Shown: positions 1 through 10,094, numbered from the stretch's first letter. The stretch is 64,000 nt of DNA from Bacteroidales bacterium (GCA_030596125.1 JAUVKT010000002.1:8011-72010); one strand, 5' to 3'. Numbers and translations: made by a program. Notes: generated by a model not told the origin, from the letters alone.

Positions 1-1154
1 CTACAGAAATAAATTTTCAAATGCTTGGGTTCGGTTTTTGTGTGGCCAATGACTGGTATATCGATCTGAGTCTTACCGAGAGAGTATCAGCATCGGTTTA
101 TGTCCCGACGGATTTGTTTACCCTGTTATTAGAGGGTAATGAGGGGTTTGTTGGTTCTTCGATCGATCTTACGGACCTTGGGTTTGATGCTATTCAATAT
201 CTTGAGTCCGGTATTGGTGTTTCAAAGAATATTACCGATAAATTAAGAGTTGGAGGAAGAATGAAAATACTATTCGGGGGGGGAAATATAGAGTTGCAGA
301 ATGATCGCCTGGAGATAGAGGTAAATGATGATTATTCACACACGCTTAACGCTGATATGAGTCTGAATATCAGCGGCCCGTTTAGTTTTTACACTAATGA
401 AGATAATCTGATAGATAGTATAGCAGTGGGCGAAGATATTTCAGATATTGACCTGGCAATGAGTTTTCTTACCGGGAATAAGAACAGGGGAATGGCCTTT
501 GACATAGGAGCAGAGTATAAGTTATTTGATAATCTGAGCCTGTCGGCCAGTATTGTTGACCTGGGTTTTATTAAATGGAAGAATCAGACATTTAACCTCG
601 AAGCTAACAGCAATTTCTCATTTGACGGATTTGATGTATCGAATGTTATTGATGGCGACGAGACATTTGATGAGATGATGGAGAATTTTCTGGATTCGCT
701 TAAAAATTCATTTGACTTTACTGATAATTCAGACTCATACAACACAGCTTTACCGGCAAAATTGTACTTAGGTGCTATGTATAAACCGGTAGATTTTCTT
801 GGTCTCGGTTTGCTTTCAAGGACCACCTTCTATCATGGCCATATAGGTCAGGCTTTAACGCTTTCAACCAATCTGTATGCAGGTGAAGTATTAAGTACCA
901 CATTTAGCTATACAATGGCAAACAGAAGTTACAACAACTTTGGTGCAGGAGTGGCTGCACGTCTTGGTCCGGTTCAGATCTATTCTGTTTTTGACAATAT
1001 CCCGGTATCATGGGTTAAGTTTTCCGGGTCTGATGAAGGTCTTAATGTAATTGTTCCCGACAGGCTTGATTACTTTAATGTAAGGTTTGGGATAAACCTG
1101 GTTTTTGGAAAAGTGAAACAGAAAGCGACAGATAAGCCAATGTTGCTTGAATAA
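1..1154 (+). CDS. Hypothetical outer-membrane beta-barrel-like protein (possibly DUF5723-like); 5' end probably outside the window
   Basis: ORF 21..1154. The frame is open from nt 3 up to the listed ATG, so the gene may begin upstream of the window. It has alternating beta-strand-like segments and a C-terminal ...VRFGINLVFGK. The family guess is from memory only. Confidence 0.6.
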   Translation, partial: TEINFQMLGFGFCVANDWYIDLSLTERVSASVYVPTDLFTLLLEGNEGFVGSSIDLTDLGFDAIQYLESGIGVSKNITDKLRVGGRMKILFGGGNIELQNDRLEIEVNDDYSHTLNADMSLNISGPFSFYTNEDNLIDSIAVGEDISDIDLAMSFLTGNKNRGMAFDIGAEYKLFDNLSLSASIVDLGFIKWKNQTFNLEANSNFSFDGFDVSNVIDGDETFDEMMENFLDSLKNSFDFTDNSDSYNTALPAKLYLGAMYKPVDFLGLGLLSRTTFYHGHIGQALTLSTNLYAGEVLSTTFSYTMANRSYNNFGAGVAARLGPVQIYSVFDNIPVSWVKFSGSDEGLNVIVPDRLDYFNVRFGINLVFGKVKQKATDKPMLLE

Positions 1155-1170
1155 CAGAGGAGGATAGAAG

Positions 1171-1350
1171 GTGTATATCAAATTAATTTTATTCGTAATT
1201 CTGACCTATTTGATAATCAGGTTTATAAGGCGGCTTCTGTCGCCTCCCCGGACTGGCGGTGATGATACCATTAAGAGTAAAGCAGATAAAAATACTCGAA
1301 AGGTTTCAAAAGATGTAGGCGAGTACATTGATTATGAAGATGTGGATTAA
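1171..1350 (+). CDS. Small membrane protein, DUF4834-like (59 aa), absent from the ORF track because it is under 60 aa
   Basis: GTG at 1171 and TAA at 1348-1350 give 60 codons. Translation: VYIKLILFVILTYLIIRFIRRLLSPPRTGGDDTIKSKADKNTRKVSKDVGEYIDYEDVD. It has one N-terminal TM helix, a basic linker and an acidic GEYIDYEDV tail, as I recall for DUF4834 proteins. Confidence 0.5.
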   Translation: MYIKLILFVILTYLIIRFIRRLLSPPRTGGDDTIKSKADKNTRKVSKDVGEYIDYEDVD

Positions 1351-1358
1351 ATATTTGA

Positions 1359-2105
1359 TCAGGGGCGAAGTTTTTTAGTAAGGTTGCTGGCGAAGACAAA
1401 ATCGTTTAACTGTGTACATTCTGATTTGAGAATATCCCTGTTTGTTCCTTCCCATTGCTTTTTACCCTCACTTATAAATATAACTTTTTCACCTATTTCC
1501 ATTACGGAATTCATATCGTGTGTATTAACAATTGTGGTCATGTTAAATTCCGCGGTGATTTCTTTAATAAGATTATCAATCAGGATAGCTGTTTGGGGAT
1601 CGAGCCCCGAATTGGGCTCATCACAAAAAAGGTATTTCGGATTCAGGGCTATAGCTCTGGCAATACCAACCCTCTTTCTCATTCCACCGGAAAGTTCGGC
1701 CGGGTACAGATTGTCAGTATCTTGAATATTAACCCGGTCGAGGCACTTGTTCATCCTGTGTAACTTCTCCTTTTTGCTCAGGGATGTGAACATGTTGAGA
1801 GGAAACATTACATTATCTTTCACAGTCATATAATCAAAGAGTGCACTTCCCTGAAATAGCATTCCTATCTCTTTTCTGATTGCCTTTTTACTTTCGAAGT
1901 TAAGTCCGCTGAACATTATATCGTCATACCATATCTCACCACTATCAATATTAAGAAGGCCAATAATGGCTTTAAGCAGGACGGTTTTTCCCGAACCACT
2001 TCGTCCGATTATAAGATTTGTTATTCCGGGTTCGAAGGAGACAGAGACATCATCAAGACGTAGCTGATCATTAAAGGATTTTGATATATTTTTAACCTTT
2101 ATCAT
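1359..2105 (-). CDS. ABC transporter ATP-binding protein, MlaF-like
   Basis: Walker A GRSGSGKT, ABC signature LSGGMRKR and Walker B LFCDEPNSGLD. It overlaps the upstream permease gene by 4 nt. Confidence 0.92.
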   Translation of the reverse strand: MIKVKNISKSFNDQLRLDDVSVSFEPGITNLIIGRSGSGKTVLLKAIIGLLNIDSGEIWYDDIMFSGLNFESKKAIRKEIGMLFQGSALFDYMTVKDNVMFPLNMFTSLSKKEKLHRMNKCLDRVNIQDTDNLYPAELSGGMRKRVGIARAIALNPKYLFCDEPNSGLDPQTAILIDNLIKEITAEFNMTTIVNTHDMNSVMEIGEKVIFISEGKKQWEGTNRDILKSECTQLNDFVFASNLTKKLRP

Positions 2106-2842
2106 GATAACATCAGCTGTGTGAGAATAACATTAAAAAGCAGGATAAGCACACAGCTGAAAACCACAGCTTTGGTAGAAGCTTTGCCAACCTCCAGTGA
2201 CCCGCCATCGACAAAATATCCCTGGTAAGCGGAAACAGTAGTTATGATGAAAGCAAAAACTACGGTTTTAATTAATGAGTAGAAAACATAGTATGGAATA
2301 AAAGCATACTGTATGCCATATATGAAATTGCTTGAAGTAATTACCCCGGTGGCTGTTCCTGCAATCCATCCTCCCGCTATCCCAAGAATTATACTCAGTA
2401 AGGTAAGCAAAGGGTTAAAGAGAATAGTGGCGATAAGCTTAGGAAGGACAAGGTATGAGGCAGTATTAACACCCATCATTTCGAGAGCATCGATCTGTTC
2501 GGTGACTCTCATTGTTCCAATCTGTGACGCAATACTCGACCCAACCTTACCGGCCAGGATAAGAGCTATCATTGTTGAGGAAAATTCGAGAATTATTGAA
2601 TCGCGGCAACCAAGTCCTATCAGGTAGGCGGGATAGAGAGGATTTTCAGTATTATAGGCTGTTTGAAGTGTTATTACTGCGCCCATAAACAGTGATATTA
2701 TTGCTACTATTCCAATAGAGTTTATACCAAGCAGTATAAATTCATTTATGGTCTGCTTGAAATATACATCCCGTTTTTCGGGCAAGGAGAAGACCTTTCC
2801 AAGCAGAATGAAATATTGACCGATACTTTTGAGCAGGTTCAT
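2102..2842 (-). CDS. ABC transporter permease, MlaE family
   Basis: Polytopic membrane protein of 246 aa with the MlaE-like core ...GTMRVTEQIDALEMMGVN... It is translationally coupled to the ATPase gene. Confidence 0.9.
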   Translation of the reverse strand: MNLLKSIGQYFILLGKVFSLPEKRDVYFKQTINEFILLGINSIGIVAIISLFMGAVITLQTAYNTENPLYPAYLIGLGCRDSIILEFSSTMIALILAGKVGSSIASQIGTMRVTEQIDALEMMGVNTASYLVLPKLIATILFNPLLTLLSIILGIAGGWIAGTATGVITSSNFIYGIQYAFIPYYVFYSLIKTVVFAFIITTVSAYQGYFVDGGSLEVGKASTKAVVFSCVLILLFNVILTQLMLS

Positions 2843-3004
2843 ATAAGATATAGTAGCGATTATAAAAATACAAAATAATATTATTCCACTCCTGACTATG
2901 AGAAGGAAAAATCAGTTTCATAAATGATAAAAAAATCATTATTTAAAGTGAACATATTTGCTATATTTGTAGCCGTCAAACAGATCAAAATAATATCTAA
3001 TATA

Positions 3005-4090
3005 ATGAAAAACAGATATATAGTAATAATGGCCGGAGGAATAGGCACTCGTTTCTGGCCTTTGAGCAGGGACAGGAAACCGAAGCAATTTCTGGATATA
3101 TTAAAAAAGGGCACGTCATTATTACAGGATACTGTTAACAGGTTTGAAGGATTGTGCCCAAAAGAGAATATTTATGTGGTTACTAACGAGAATCACAGGG
3201 ACATGGTTCTGTCGCAGGTTGATATACCGGCAGCTAATATTCTTTCTGAGCCAATGAGAAGAAATACTGCTCCCTGCATAGCTTATGCCTCTTTCAGGAT
3301 ATACAATGAGAATCCCGACGCAGTAATGGTGGTTAGTCCGTCTGACCATCATATTAAAGATGAGGAAAACTTCAGGTCTGTGATAGAGGAGTCATTTGAT
3401 TTTGCAACAGAAAAAAAGGTACTGGTGACACTTGGGATTAAACCTGACAGACCCGAGACCGGGTATGGTTATATTCAGGCTAACATTAAGAAGCCTGTTG
3501 CAGGATACAAAAACCTGATGGAGGTAAAAACTTTCACTGAAAAACCTGACAAAAAAATGGCAAAGATTTTTTTGAAGAGCGGTGATTTTTTCTGGAATTC
3601 GGGAATTTTTATCTGGCCCGCAAAAACTATCATTGAATCATTTGAAAGGCATCTTCCTGATATATATTCTACTTTTGATGAATACCGGACTACTTTTGGA
3701 ACAAATGAGGAGGAAAACATTATAGGAAGGGTTTATTCGGAATGCTCCAGCATATCTATCGATTACGGTATTATGGAAAAGGCGGAAAATGTTTTTGTAA
3801 AGTGTGCTGAATTTGGTTGGTCTGATCTGGGTACATGGAGTTCATTAACCAACCATTTTAAATCTGATGCCAACGGTAATTCAGGTGATGTAAATACGCT
3901 CTTCGGGTATGATACAAATGATAGTATAGTCAGGCTTCCTGAAGGTAAAGTTGCTGTTATACAGGGTTTGAAGGATTATATTATAGTTGATGCAGATGAT
4001 GTTCTGCTTGTTGTAAAGAAGGAAGAGGAGCAGAATATTAAAAAATATATCGAAGATATCAGGAATAAGAACGGGGACAAATACCTCTAG
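3005..4090 (+). CDS. manC: Mannose-1-phosphate guanylyltransferase
   Basis: N-terminal nucleotidyltransferase motif MAGGIGTRFWPLSR, with GYGYI and WSDLGTW motifs. I moved the start to ATG 3005 (MKNRYIVIM...) because the first 27 codons of ORF 2924.. look like AT-rich leader. Confidence 0.88.
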   Translation: MKNRYIVIMAGGIGTRFWPLSRDRKPKQFLDILKKGTSLLQDTVNRFEGLCPKENIYVVTNENHRDMVLSQVDIPAANILSEPMRRNTAPCIAYASFRIYNENPDAVMVVSPSDHHIKDEENFRSVIEESFDFATEKKVLVTLGIKPDRPETGYGYIQANIKKPVAGYKNLMEVKTFTEKPDKKMAKIFLKSGDFFWNSGIFIWPAKTIIESFERHLPDIYSTFDEYRTTFGTNEEENIIGRVYSECSSISIDYGIMEKAENVFVKCAEFGWSDLGTWSSLTNHFKSDANGNSGDVNTLFGYDTNDSIVRLPEGKVAVIQGLKDYIIVDADDVLLVVKKEEEQNIKKYIEDIRNKNGDKYL

Positions 4091-4223
4091 TGTCGAGTCA
4101 GCTTAATATTGACGTATTAGGAATAGTTGGCAGTTGGCATGACACCAGGAATAATGATTTTTGATGTTCTTAAATCGAAAATCGCCTGTCCGGCATCCGC
4201 CGGATTAATCGATATTCAATATT

Positions 4224-4260
4224 CAAAAAAAGGGTATCCCAGTTAAGAGATACCCTTTAT
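4224..4260. terminator. Hairpin terminator between convergent manC and gldN, strongest for the minus strand
   Basis: A 9-bp stem AAGGGTATC (4230-4238) / GATACCCTT (4249-4257). An A-run lies 5' on the plus strand, which is a U-run after the hairpin for the gldN transcript. TTTAT follows on the plus strand. Confidence 0.6.
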
Positions 4261-4280
4261 ATATAGTTCTGTGTGGTTAG

Positions 4281-5108
4281 TTAGTATTCCCAGAGATCGT
4301 GTTCGAATTCCTGAAGTTCAGTCTTAAGTTTTTCGGCTTCAAACAGACCTGCTTTTCCGGTCATATATTCATTAATCTGTCTGTCGTCATACACATTTGA
4401 CTCAGCATATATAATACTTGAAAATCTTCTTTGCATGAAAAGATCATCATAAGAGATTCTCTGGGCATCATTGAACCTGTTATAAGCCTCGTGCATCGCG
4501 AAAGAATCTCTGAAATCGTCATATTTGATCCAGAAAAGCTGTGCTCTTGCCATTTTTTGCATCTCCTCGTTATAGTAAACACGAATAGGGCACAGACCAA
4601 TGATTCTGACATCCATCCTGGAGTGCTTTTTATCGAAATACCACTCTTCGAGGATCATAAGCTGAAACACCTCTTCGGGCCTGGGCTCTGTAATAAGAAC
4701 AGTATCTTTCATTACGCCGCTCATAGTTGGTACCTGGGTAGCGGTCTCTCCGGCTCCCAACAATCCTTCAATATCTGAATATGTAACATTAACAGTCATT
4801 TTATCAATATCAAAAGCATTGAGGTTACCTGCTTTTAGTTCTCCAAGAATAATGCTTATAAGGCTCATACGGCCATCTGCTGTAGGAGTGGTCGGATAAT
4901 AGAGTGGAAGGTTCATCTTCTCTCTCATATCTATTAATCTCCAGAGTCTTTGTGACCATATCACATCTGCTTCTCTCAGGAAAGAGTATGATATTGCAGT
5001 ATTATCTTCAATTGACTTCTCATAGATATCTCCAAAAGACTGGCTAAAGCCGGCAGATGAAATAAACAGTATCAATAAGCCAAAAAGAACAAATCTCTTC
5101 ATGATCAT
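4281..5108 (-). CDS. gldN: Gliding motility / T9SS protein GldN (PorN)
   Basis: 275 aa with a signal peptide. It is the last gene of the porP-gldK-gldL-gldM-gldN series, 14 nt after gldM. Size and position match GldN. Confidence 0.85.
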   Translation of the reverse strand: MIMKRFVLFGLLILFISSAGFSQSFGDIYEKSIEDNTAISYSFLREADVIWSQRLWRLIDMREKMNLPLYYPTTPTADGRMSLISIILGELKAGNLNAFDIDKMTVNVTYSDIEGLLGAGETATQVPTMSGVMKDTVLITEPRPEEVFQLMILEEWYFDKKHSRMDVRIIGLCPIRVYYNEEMQKMARAQLFWIKYDDFRDSFAMHEAYNRFNDAQRISYDDLFMQRRFSSIIYAESNVYDDRQINEYMTGKAGLFEAEKLKTELQEFEHDLWEY

Positions 5109-5121
5109 ATTTTAGTTTAAT

Positions 5122-6759
5122 TTATTTTATTGTTAAAATTATTGCAGGCAGTGACCTGGTTTTTTTATCAGGACCTATAGCTTTAATACCTGTAATATAA
5201 AGTTTGTTTCCCCTGCTCAACATATTTATCAGGTCTCTTTGCTTTTGTGTGACCCTTGCGCTCGATGACGATTGTTCACGCTCGAACCCTTTCACTGTGA
5301 TTGTCATGGTGAAACTTGTAACGGTATATTCAAGATCGAAAAGGAAGTCTTCGAGCACGGCGAAAACGCCCGGTTGTGCTAAAGCAATGTTTTTAGCCAC
5401 AGAGCCTTCTGTCATACCTGCAAACTGAGCAAGAGGAGCAGGAATATTATGTACCCTGAATTTATAGGGAGGAAATCTCATACGTTCGCCGTTAACAACA
5501 GCGCTTACATTGACAGATGCGTCCTTCCCTGCAGTTATTGGTTTTGCAACCCATTCTCCCCTGTATTTCTTAAGTCGTCCCCTTTTGATATTACCGTTTG
5601 TCATGGATGCAGAGATAGCATCGGATCCGACTCCCGGAACTGAAATATCGATAGGGTTATTGAGGCCCACATAGAGAACGTTCATAGCTGTGGGTGATAC
5701 AACAACATTGGGTGCTCCGACTGAATATGTTGCGTCGAACGGATAACTAACAATGGAGCCATCGGGAGCTGACATATTAATCAATCCGCCCCATTTCTTA
5801 TCTCCAACTGAAGAGGCATTCTTCCTATATATCCCCTGGCCCTGATCATTAATCTCAAGGGTTTCATAGTCACCGATCATCTCATAAGATTTAGTCCCGT
5901 CGGCATTTGGAGTTGTACGAAACTGGCCTACATAGATATCGGGCTGTTTGGTAGTATCGGTAGCGGCGATAAATACCGAAGCCTGATATTCGTTACCTCT
6001 CATTACGTAACTGGAATTTGTGATAACGGTAGGAACGAGTTTGTTGAACTTAAATTCTGAGGCATCGATCTGGTCAAACAGGAAGTTAAGAACGTCAGTC
6101 TCGGCGTTTCTAACATCAACCTGGAGTTTAGAAAGAATAGTGATCACTGCAACCAGAGGAAGGGCATGGAACGTATTATTTTCCCATCTCTCGACCGAAC
6201 CGTCGGGAGCTTTTGCTTCATCGGTGTTAAGACTTTCCATTACTGATCCTTCAACAGATATATTTTCTCCATCAATGGTTTCAATCAGAAATTCCCTGTA
6301 ATCGTTAATTAATGCTCTGAGATCGTTAGCCTTACCATTTTCGTCTGACCCGATCAAAATTTCGGAAGGTATGTTATTATCATCAATTATTTTGATATGG
6401 TCGACAAATATCTCTCTTCCCTTAACAGCCTCGGTACCTTCCTTCTCGGCTGTTAAAATAATTTCGATTTTGAGGTCTTGCATAAAATCAAACAGTTCGT
6501 TAGACCTCTCTTTTACCTGTATGGCCTTTGATCTCCAGGGACCTGCCTTGACCGGGTTCTCAGCGTAGGCTCTTTCGAACTCTTCGTAGGTAAGATTATT
6601 CTTTTTTATGTAGTTAACAATCGTTTTGGTTAGACCTTTATCAACGTTTTTAAACGCTTCAACGGCTTCTTTTGATACATTAAGTGCCAACATAGCTGTA
6701 AGCACCAGGTACATCATACCGATCATCTTTTGCCGTGGGGTTTCTTTTCCGTGTCCCAT
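5122..6759 (-). CDS. gldM: Gliding motility / T9SS protein GldM (PorM)
   Basis: 545 aa with the N-terminal GldM-like start MGHGKETPRQKMIGMMYLVLTAMLALNVS, which is a single TM anchor. It lies between gldL and gldN. Confidence 0.9.
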   Translation of the reverse strand: MGHGKETPRQKMIGMMYLVLTAMLALNVSKEAVEAFKNVDKGLTKTIVNYIKKNNLTYEEFERAYAENPVKAGPWRSKAIQVKERSNELFDFMQDLKIEIILTAEKEGTEAVKGREIFVDHIKIIDDNNIPSEILIGSDENGKANDLRALINDYREFLIETIDGENISVEGSVMESLNTDEAKAPDGSVERWENNTFHALPLVAVITILSKLQVDVRNAETDVLNFLFDQIDASEFKFNKLVPTVITNSSYVMRGNEYQASVFIAATDTTKQPDIYVGQFRTTPNADGTKSYEMIGDYETLEINDQGQGIYRKNASSVGDKKWGGLINMSAPDGSIVSYPFDATYSVGAPNVVVSPTAMNVLYVGLNNPIDISVPGVGSDAISASMTNGNIKRGRLKKYRGEWVAKPITAGKDASVNVSAVVNGERMRFPPYKFRVHNIPAPLAQFAGMTEGSVAKNIALAQPGVFAVLEDFLFDLEYTVTSFTMTITVKGFEREQSSSSARVTQKQRDLINMLSRGNKLYITGIKAIGPDKKTRSLPAIILTIK

Positions 6760-6799
6760 ATTCTTGAGAGTGGTTTAGGTTAGAAGAATGGTCTGTTAT

Positions 6800-7735
6800 T
6801 TAAGATTTCATGGCTGATAGCATATTGCCATAAACCGAATTAAGAGCAGTAAGATTTTCATTCAGCTGACCAATCTGTTCGCGGTATTTTTTTGCATCCT
6901 CAGCAGAATCATTAAGGTCGGAGATCATTCCGTTAACGCCCTTCATCATTGTTTCAGTCTCTTTTACCTGATTATTGGCACCTTGCAGTTGCAATTCGTA
7001 TACAGCGTTTAGTGCTGACAGGTTTTTATTAACTGATTCGAGTTGATCCTGATAGGATTTTCCTCCCATCTCAATTTTACTTAATGATTCTGTCATGTGC
7101 TGGTAGCTGACCCCGGTATTTGTAATTATCTGGGCAGTACTTTGATATGATTCATCAAGTTTGCCAAGAGAGGAACCAAGAGCTTCGCTTGATTTAGCAT
7201 AATTTTCGGTATGATTGCCGACTGCTTCTGTTGCTCCTTTTACTTTTTCGGCAAACTCGTTAGTGGCAGCAGTAACATCACCCATTGCATTTACATTTGA
7301 TGTGGTGTCACTTAGCTTTTTGAGACCTTTACCCAGTTTCCCGAATAGTTCTGGTGTAATGTCAGCCTCTATGAGCATTTCATCAAACTTGGCCAGTGCA
7401 GCAGATCCGGCACCGCCGCCGCCGCCAACGTAACCACCACCACCGTGAGATGCTGATCTGGAAGCTTGCAGAGCCATTTCTTCTTCGGTTTCGGGCACAT
7501 CTGCCAATTCGGGGTATACCAACGACCAGTCGGGTTCTTCATGTAAAGGTTCGAAAGCAGAGAAAAAGAATATAACTGCTTCAGTCATCAATCCTAAAAA
7601 AAGGAGGGTGCCTGCCATTGGGTAGTGCTGAATCTTAAACAATGCTCCTACTATTACAACTGCGGCACCAATACCGTAAAGTTTGGACATGAAATTTTTC
7701 CAACCGCTACTTTGTACAATTTCTGCTAAACTCAT
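6800..7735 (-). CDS. gldL: Gliding motility / T9SS protein GldL (PorL), long form
   Basis: Two N-terminal TM helices (...GIGAAVVIVGALFKIQHYP..., ...LLFLGLMTEAVIFFFSAFEP) are followed by a Gly-run and a coiled-coil-like C-terminal part. It sits between gldK and gldM. Confidence 0.88.
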   Translation of the reverse strand: MSLAEIVQSSGWKNFMSKLYGIGAAVVIVGALFKIQHYPMAGTLLFLGLMTEAVIFFFSAFEPLHEEPDWSLVYPELADVPETEEEMALQASRSASHGGGGYVGGGGGAGSAALAKFDEMLIEADITPELFGKLGKGLKKLSDTTSNVNAMGDVTAATNEFAEKVKGATEAVGNHTENYAKSSEALGSSLGKLDESYQSTAQIITNTGVSYQHMTESLSKIEMGGKSYQDQLESVNKNLSALNAVYELQLQGANNQVKETETMMKGVNGMISDLNDSAEDAKKYREQIGQLNENLTALNSVYGNMLSAMKS

Positions 7736-7770
7736 ATACCTGGTTTTAAGGGTTTATTTTAATATTATTT

Positions 7771-9102
7771 TTAGTCTACTCCGATAAAATCTCTAACGTT
7801 ACGGAACCCGATGTAGCATTTTGCCGAATCCTGATATTCATAGTCACGTGTACTTGTTTGCAAGAAATAGGCAATATCTTTCCATGATCCGCCTCTGATA
7901 CTTTTACGTTTCAGGATTGGAGGATCGTCGGGCCTGGCATTATACTGGTAGTCGGGGTTAAGATCGTGAGTAAAAACATAAGCTGAAGGGTGGTATGCAC
8001 ATCTGGTCCACTCAGCAACGTTTCCTGACATTTCATATAGGCCGAATTCATTAGGCTCGAATGAGGTAACTTTTGCAGTATATACCGCACCATCATCAAT
8101 ATAGTTACCTCGCAGAGGTTTAAAATTGGCAAGGAAACAACCTAAATAATTTCTTGTATATGGTCCGCCCCAGGGGTACATTGAAAGATCAAGTCCGCCA
8201 CGTGCAGCATATTCCCATTCTGTTTCGAGTGGAAGTCTGTATGCATGTACATCAACCAGTCCCTGAGCTCTAAGACTTGCATTAAGGAATTCTGTTCTCC
8301 AGATGCTGAAGGCATTGGCCTGTTTCCATGTAACACCTACAACCGGATAGTCGTCATATGAGGGATGCCAGAAATAGAGTGATGCAAAAGGTTCATTGAA
8401 TGAGTATGTAAAGTCTCTGATCCATGTGAGCGTATCGGGGTAAACATTTACCTCATCATGCATAATAAATGATGAACGGTTCACTACATCAGATTCTTCT
8501 CCATCCAGACCGGTTACTTTACCTTCATATTCTCCCGTTTCGCCATTGTATCTGCTTCTGGAGGCCTGTTTGTAATCTACCCAAAAGTAGCTGTAATTCA
8601 GTTTCCTTACATCTGTCTGCTTTCTCCCGGCAAATCTCTCTTCGGGAGGGTAGTACATCTCTTCGAGTATATCAAGGATCTCCTGATTCTTGAAGTCGAT
8701 CTTCTCTTCCCAGTTAATTACCGGGGGGTCATATTCATTACCCTCTTCATCAACCCTGAAGAATTGATAATCTGCTATTGCAGCATCGCCAAGCTTGGTC
8801 CTGAAGATAGAATCGCGAACCCAGTACACAAACTGACGATATTTATTGTTGGTAATTTCTGTCTGGTCCATCCAGAATGCGTTGACTGTTACTGATCTGG
8901 ATACGGTATTCATAGCATTAACAGCGTCCTGATCACTGGGACCAATAATAAAACTTCCGGCCGGAATAAATGACATTTCAAATGGCTCGGGTTCAAAGAA
9001 TTTTTTTCTTCCCTGGACACCAATAAGCTCGCCGTTATTTCCTGGCCCGCATGCTGTTAAAATGACTGTGACTGTGAGAACTAATAGGATTACCTTTTTC
9101 AT
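7771..9102 (-). CDS. gldK: Gliding motility / T9SS lipoprotein GldK (PorK), FGE-sulfatase (SUMF1) fold
   Basis: Lipoprotein signal ...VILTAC. SUMF1-like motifs are TWKQANAF, RLPLETEWEYAARGG, GNVAEWT, RGGSW and GFR. Confidence 0.92.
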   Translation of the reverse strand: MKKVILLVLTVTVILTACGPGNNGELIGVQGRKKFFEPEPFEMSFIPAGSFIIGPSDQDAVNAMNTVSRSVTVNAFWMDQTEITNNKYRQFVYWVRDSIFRTKLGDAAIADYQFFRVDEEGNEYDPPVINWEEKIDFKNQEILDILEEMYYPPEERFAGRKQTDVRKLNYSYFWVDYKQASRSRYNGETGEYEGKVTGLDGEESDVVNRSSFIMHDEVNVYPDTLTWIRDFTYSFNEPFASLYFWHPSYDDYPVVGVTWKQANAFSIWRTEFLNASLRAQGLVDVHAYRLPLETEWEYAARGGLDLSMYPWGGPYTRNYLGCFLANFKPLRGNYIDDGAVYTAKVTSFEPNEFGLYEMSGNVAEWTRCAYHPSAYVFTHDLNPDYQYNARPDDPPILKRKSIRGGSWKDIAYFLQTSTRDYEYQDSAKCYIGFRNVRDFIGVD

Positions 9103-9149
9103 ATTTCAACAGAATTTAATATTGCAAGTAAGTTAAATTTTTTAAATAA

Positions 9150-10094
9150 TCATAAAAATCTTATACTTTTATAACGCATCGAACTCCTTCCTAAACTAAG
9201 GTCAAAACAGTAATTCACAAGAAATTCATGACTGCCTGAAGTACTTTTCCTGATGTCGCTCATAGGAAAGTCATAAGCATATCCAATTCGTATTCCATTA
9301 TATAATTCTATACCAAAAATTCCTGTAAGTGCATCTCCTGCTCTATAGGAAACGCCACCCCAAACCTTTTTATTGTATCGTACCATGGTGTTGAGTGTTA
9401 ACTGCACCATACTGCCATCACTGAACAGCAGCGCGGATGGGATAAGTTCGAACGATGGGTTGGGAAGTCTCAGGGTATAGCCGCCCATAGCATAATATTG
9501 CCTTGCTACATATGGAGTTCCTTTGGAATATTTAATTTCAGGTTCATTAAGGTGTGTAACTGATACTCCTGCAAAATAATCTGGAGTACTGTAATACAAA
9601 CCAAACCCCATATCAAAAGCGATATAACTCTCTTTGCCTCCGGGGATAAGGGGATCGCCCTCTGGTGGGACGAACATATCTCCGGCCGGTATATTCCATG
9701 ACGGATCAATAGCTTTGTTTAAAAGTCCGAAATTGATTCCAACTCCGAGTTTGCCGGGACCAAGGTCTGTTATCCACGCATATGTTAGTGAAAGCGTGTT
9801 ATCGTTGTTAAACCCGGTCTGGTCGTTTATTATTGAAAGGCCTAAACCCGAACGGATCCCAAATGGTCTGACAGCAGCGTTTACATGAAAGATTGTAGAT
9901 GACGGCGCACCTTCAAACCCGACCCATTGCTGGCGGGTCATTGCTGTTGCACAAACAATACCTGAACTTCCGGCAAATCCCGGATTATAGAGCATCTGAT
10001 TAAACATGAACTGACTTGACACAGGATCGCTCTGACCCACTGCCGGTGGTAGCAGGCTCACAAAAAAAATTGCTATCAGAATCCACTTTCTCAT
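9150..10094 (-). CDS. porP: PorP/SprF family T9SS membrane protein
   Basis: 314 aa with a signal peptide. It has the N-terminal motif QFMFNQMLYNPGFAG typical of PorP/SprF and a beta-barrel-like C-terminus ending ...YKSIRFL. It lies directly upstream of gldK. Confidence 0.88.
   Translation of the reverse strand: MRKWILIAIFFVSLLPPAVGQSDPVSSQFMFNQMLYNPGFAGSSGIVCATAMTRQQWVGFEGAPSSTIFHVNAAVRPFGIRSGLGLSIINDQTGFNNDNTLSLTYAWITDLGPGKLGVGINFGLLNKAIDPSWNIPAGDMFVPPEGDPLIPGGKESYIAFDMGFGLYYSTPDYFAGVSVTHLNEPEIKYSKGTPYVARQYYAMGGYTLRLPNPSFELIPSALLFSDGSMVQLTLNTMVRYNKKVWGGVSYRAGDALTGIFGIELYNGIRIGYAYDFPMSDIRKSTSGSHEFLVNYCFDLSLGRSSMRYKSIRFL

Noticed and set aside
2924-3004. Upstream extension of manC, plus similar extensions at 30402-30464 (wbpE-like), 30464-30517 (SPOR gene), 56665-56712 (TonB receptor), 53053-53082 (pepC) and 47573-47605 (lipoprotein).
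   Set aside because: The extensions are AT-rich and lack homology. They would bury signal peptides or lipoboxes, or precede the conserved N-terminal motifs, so I chose internal ATG starts instead.
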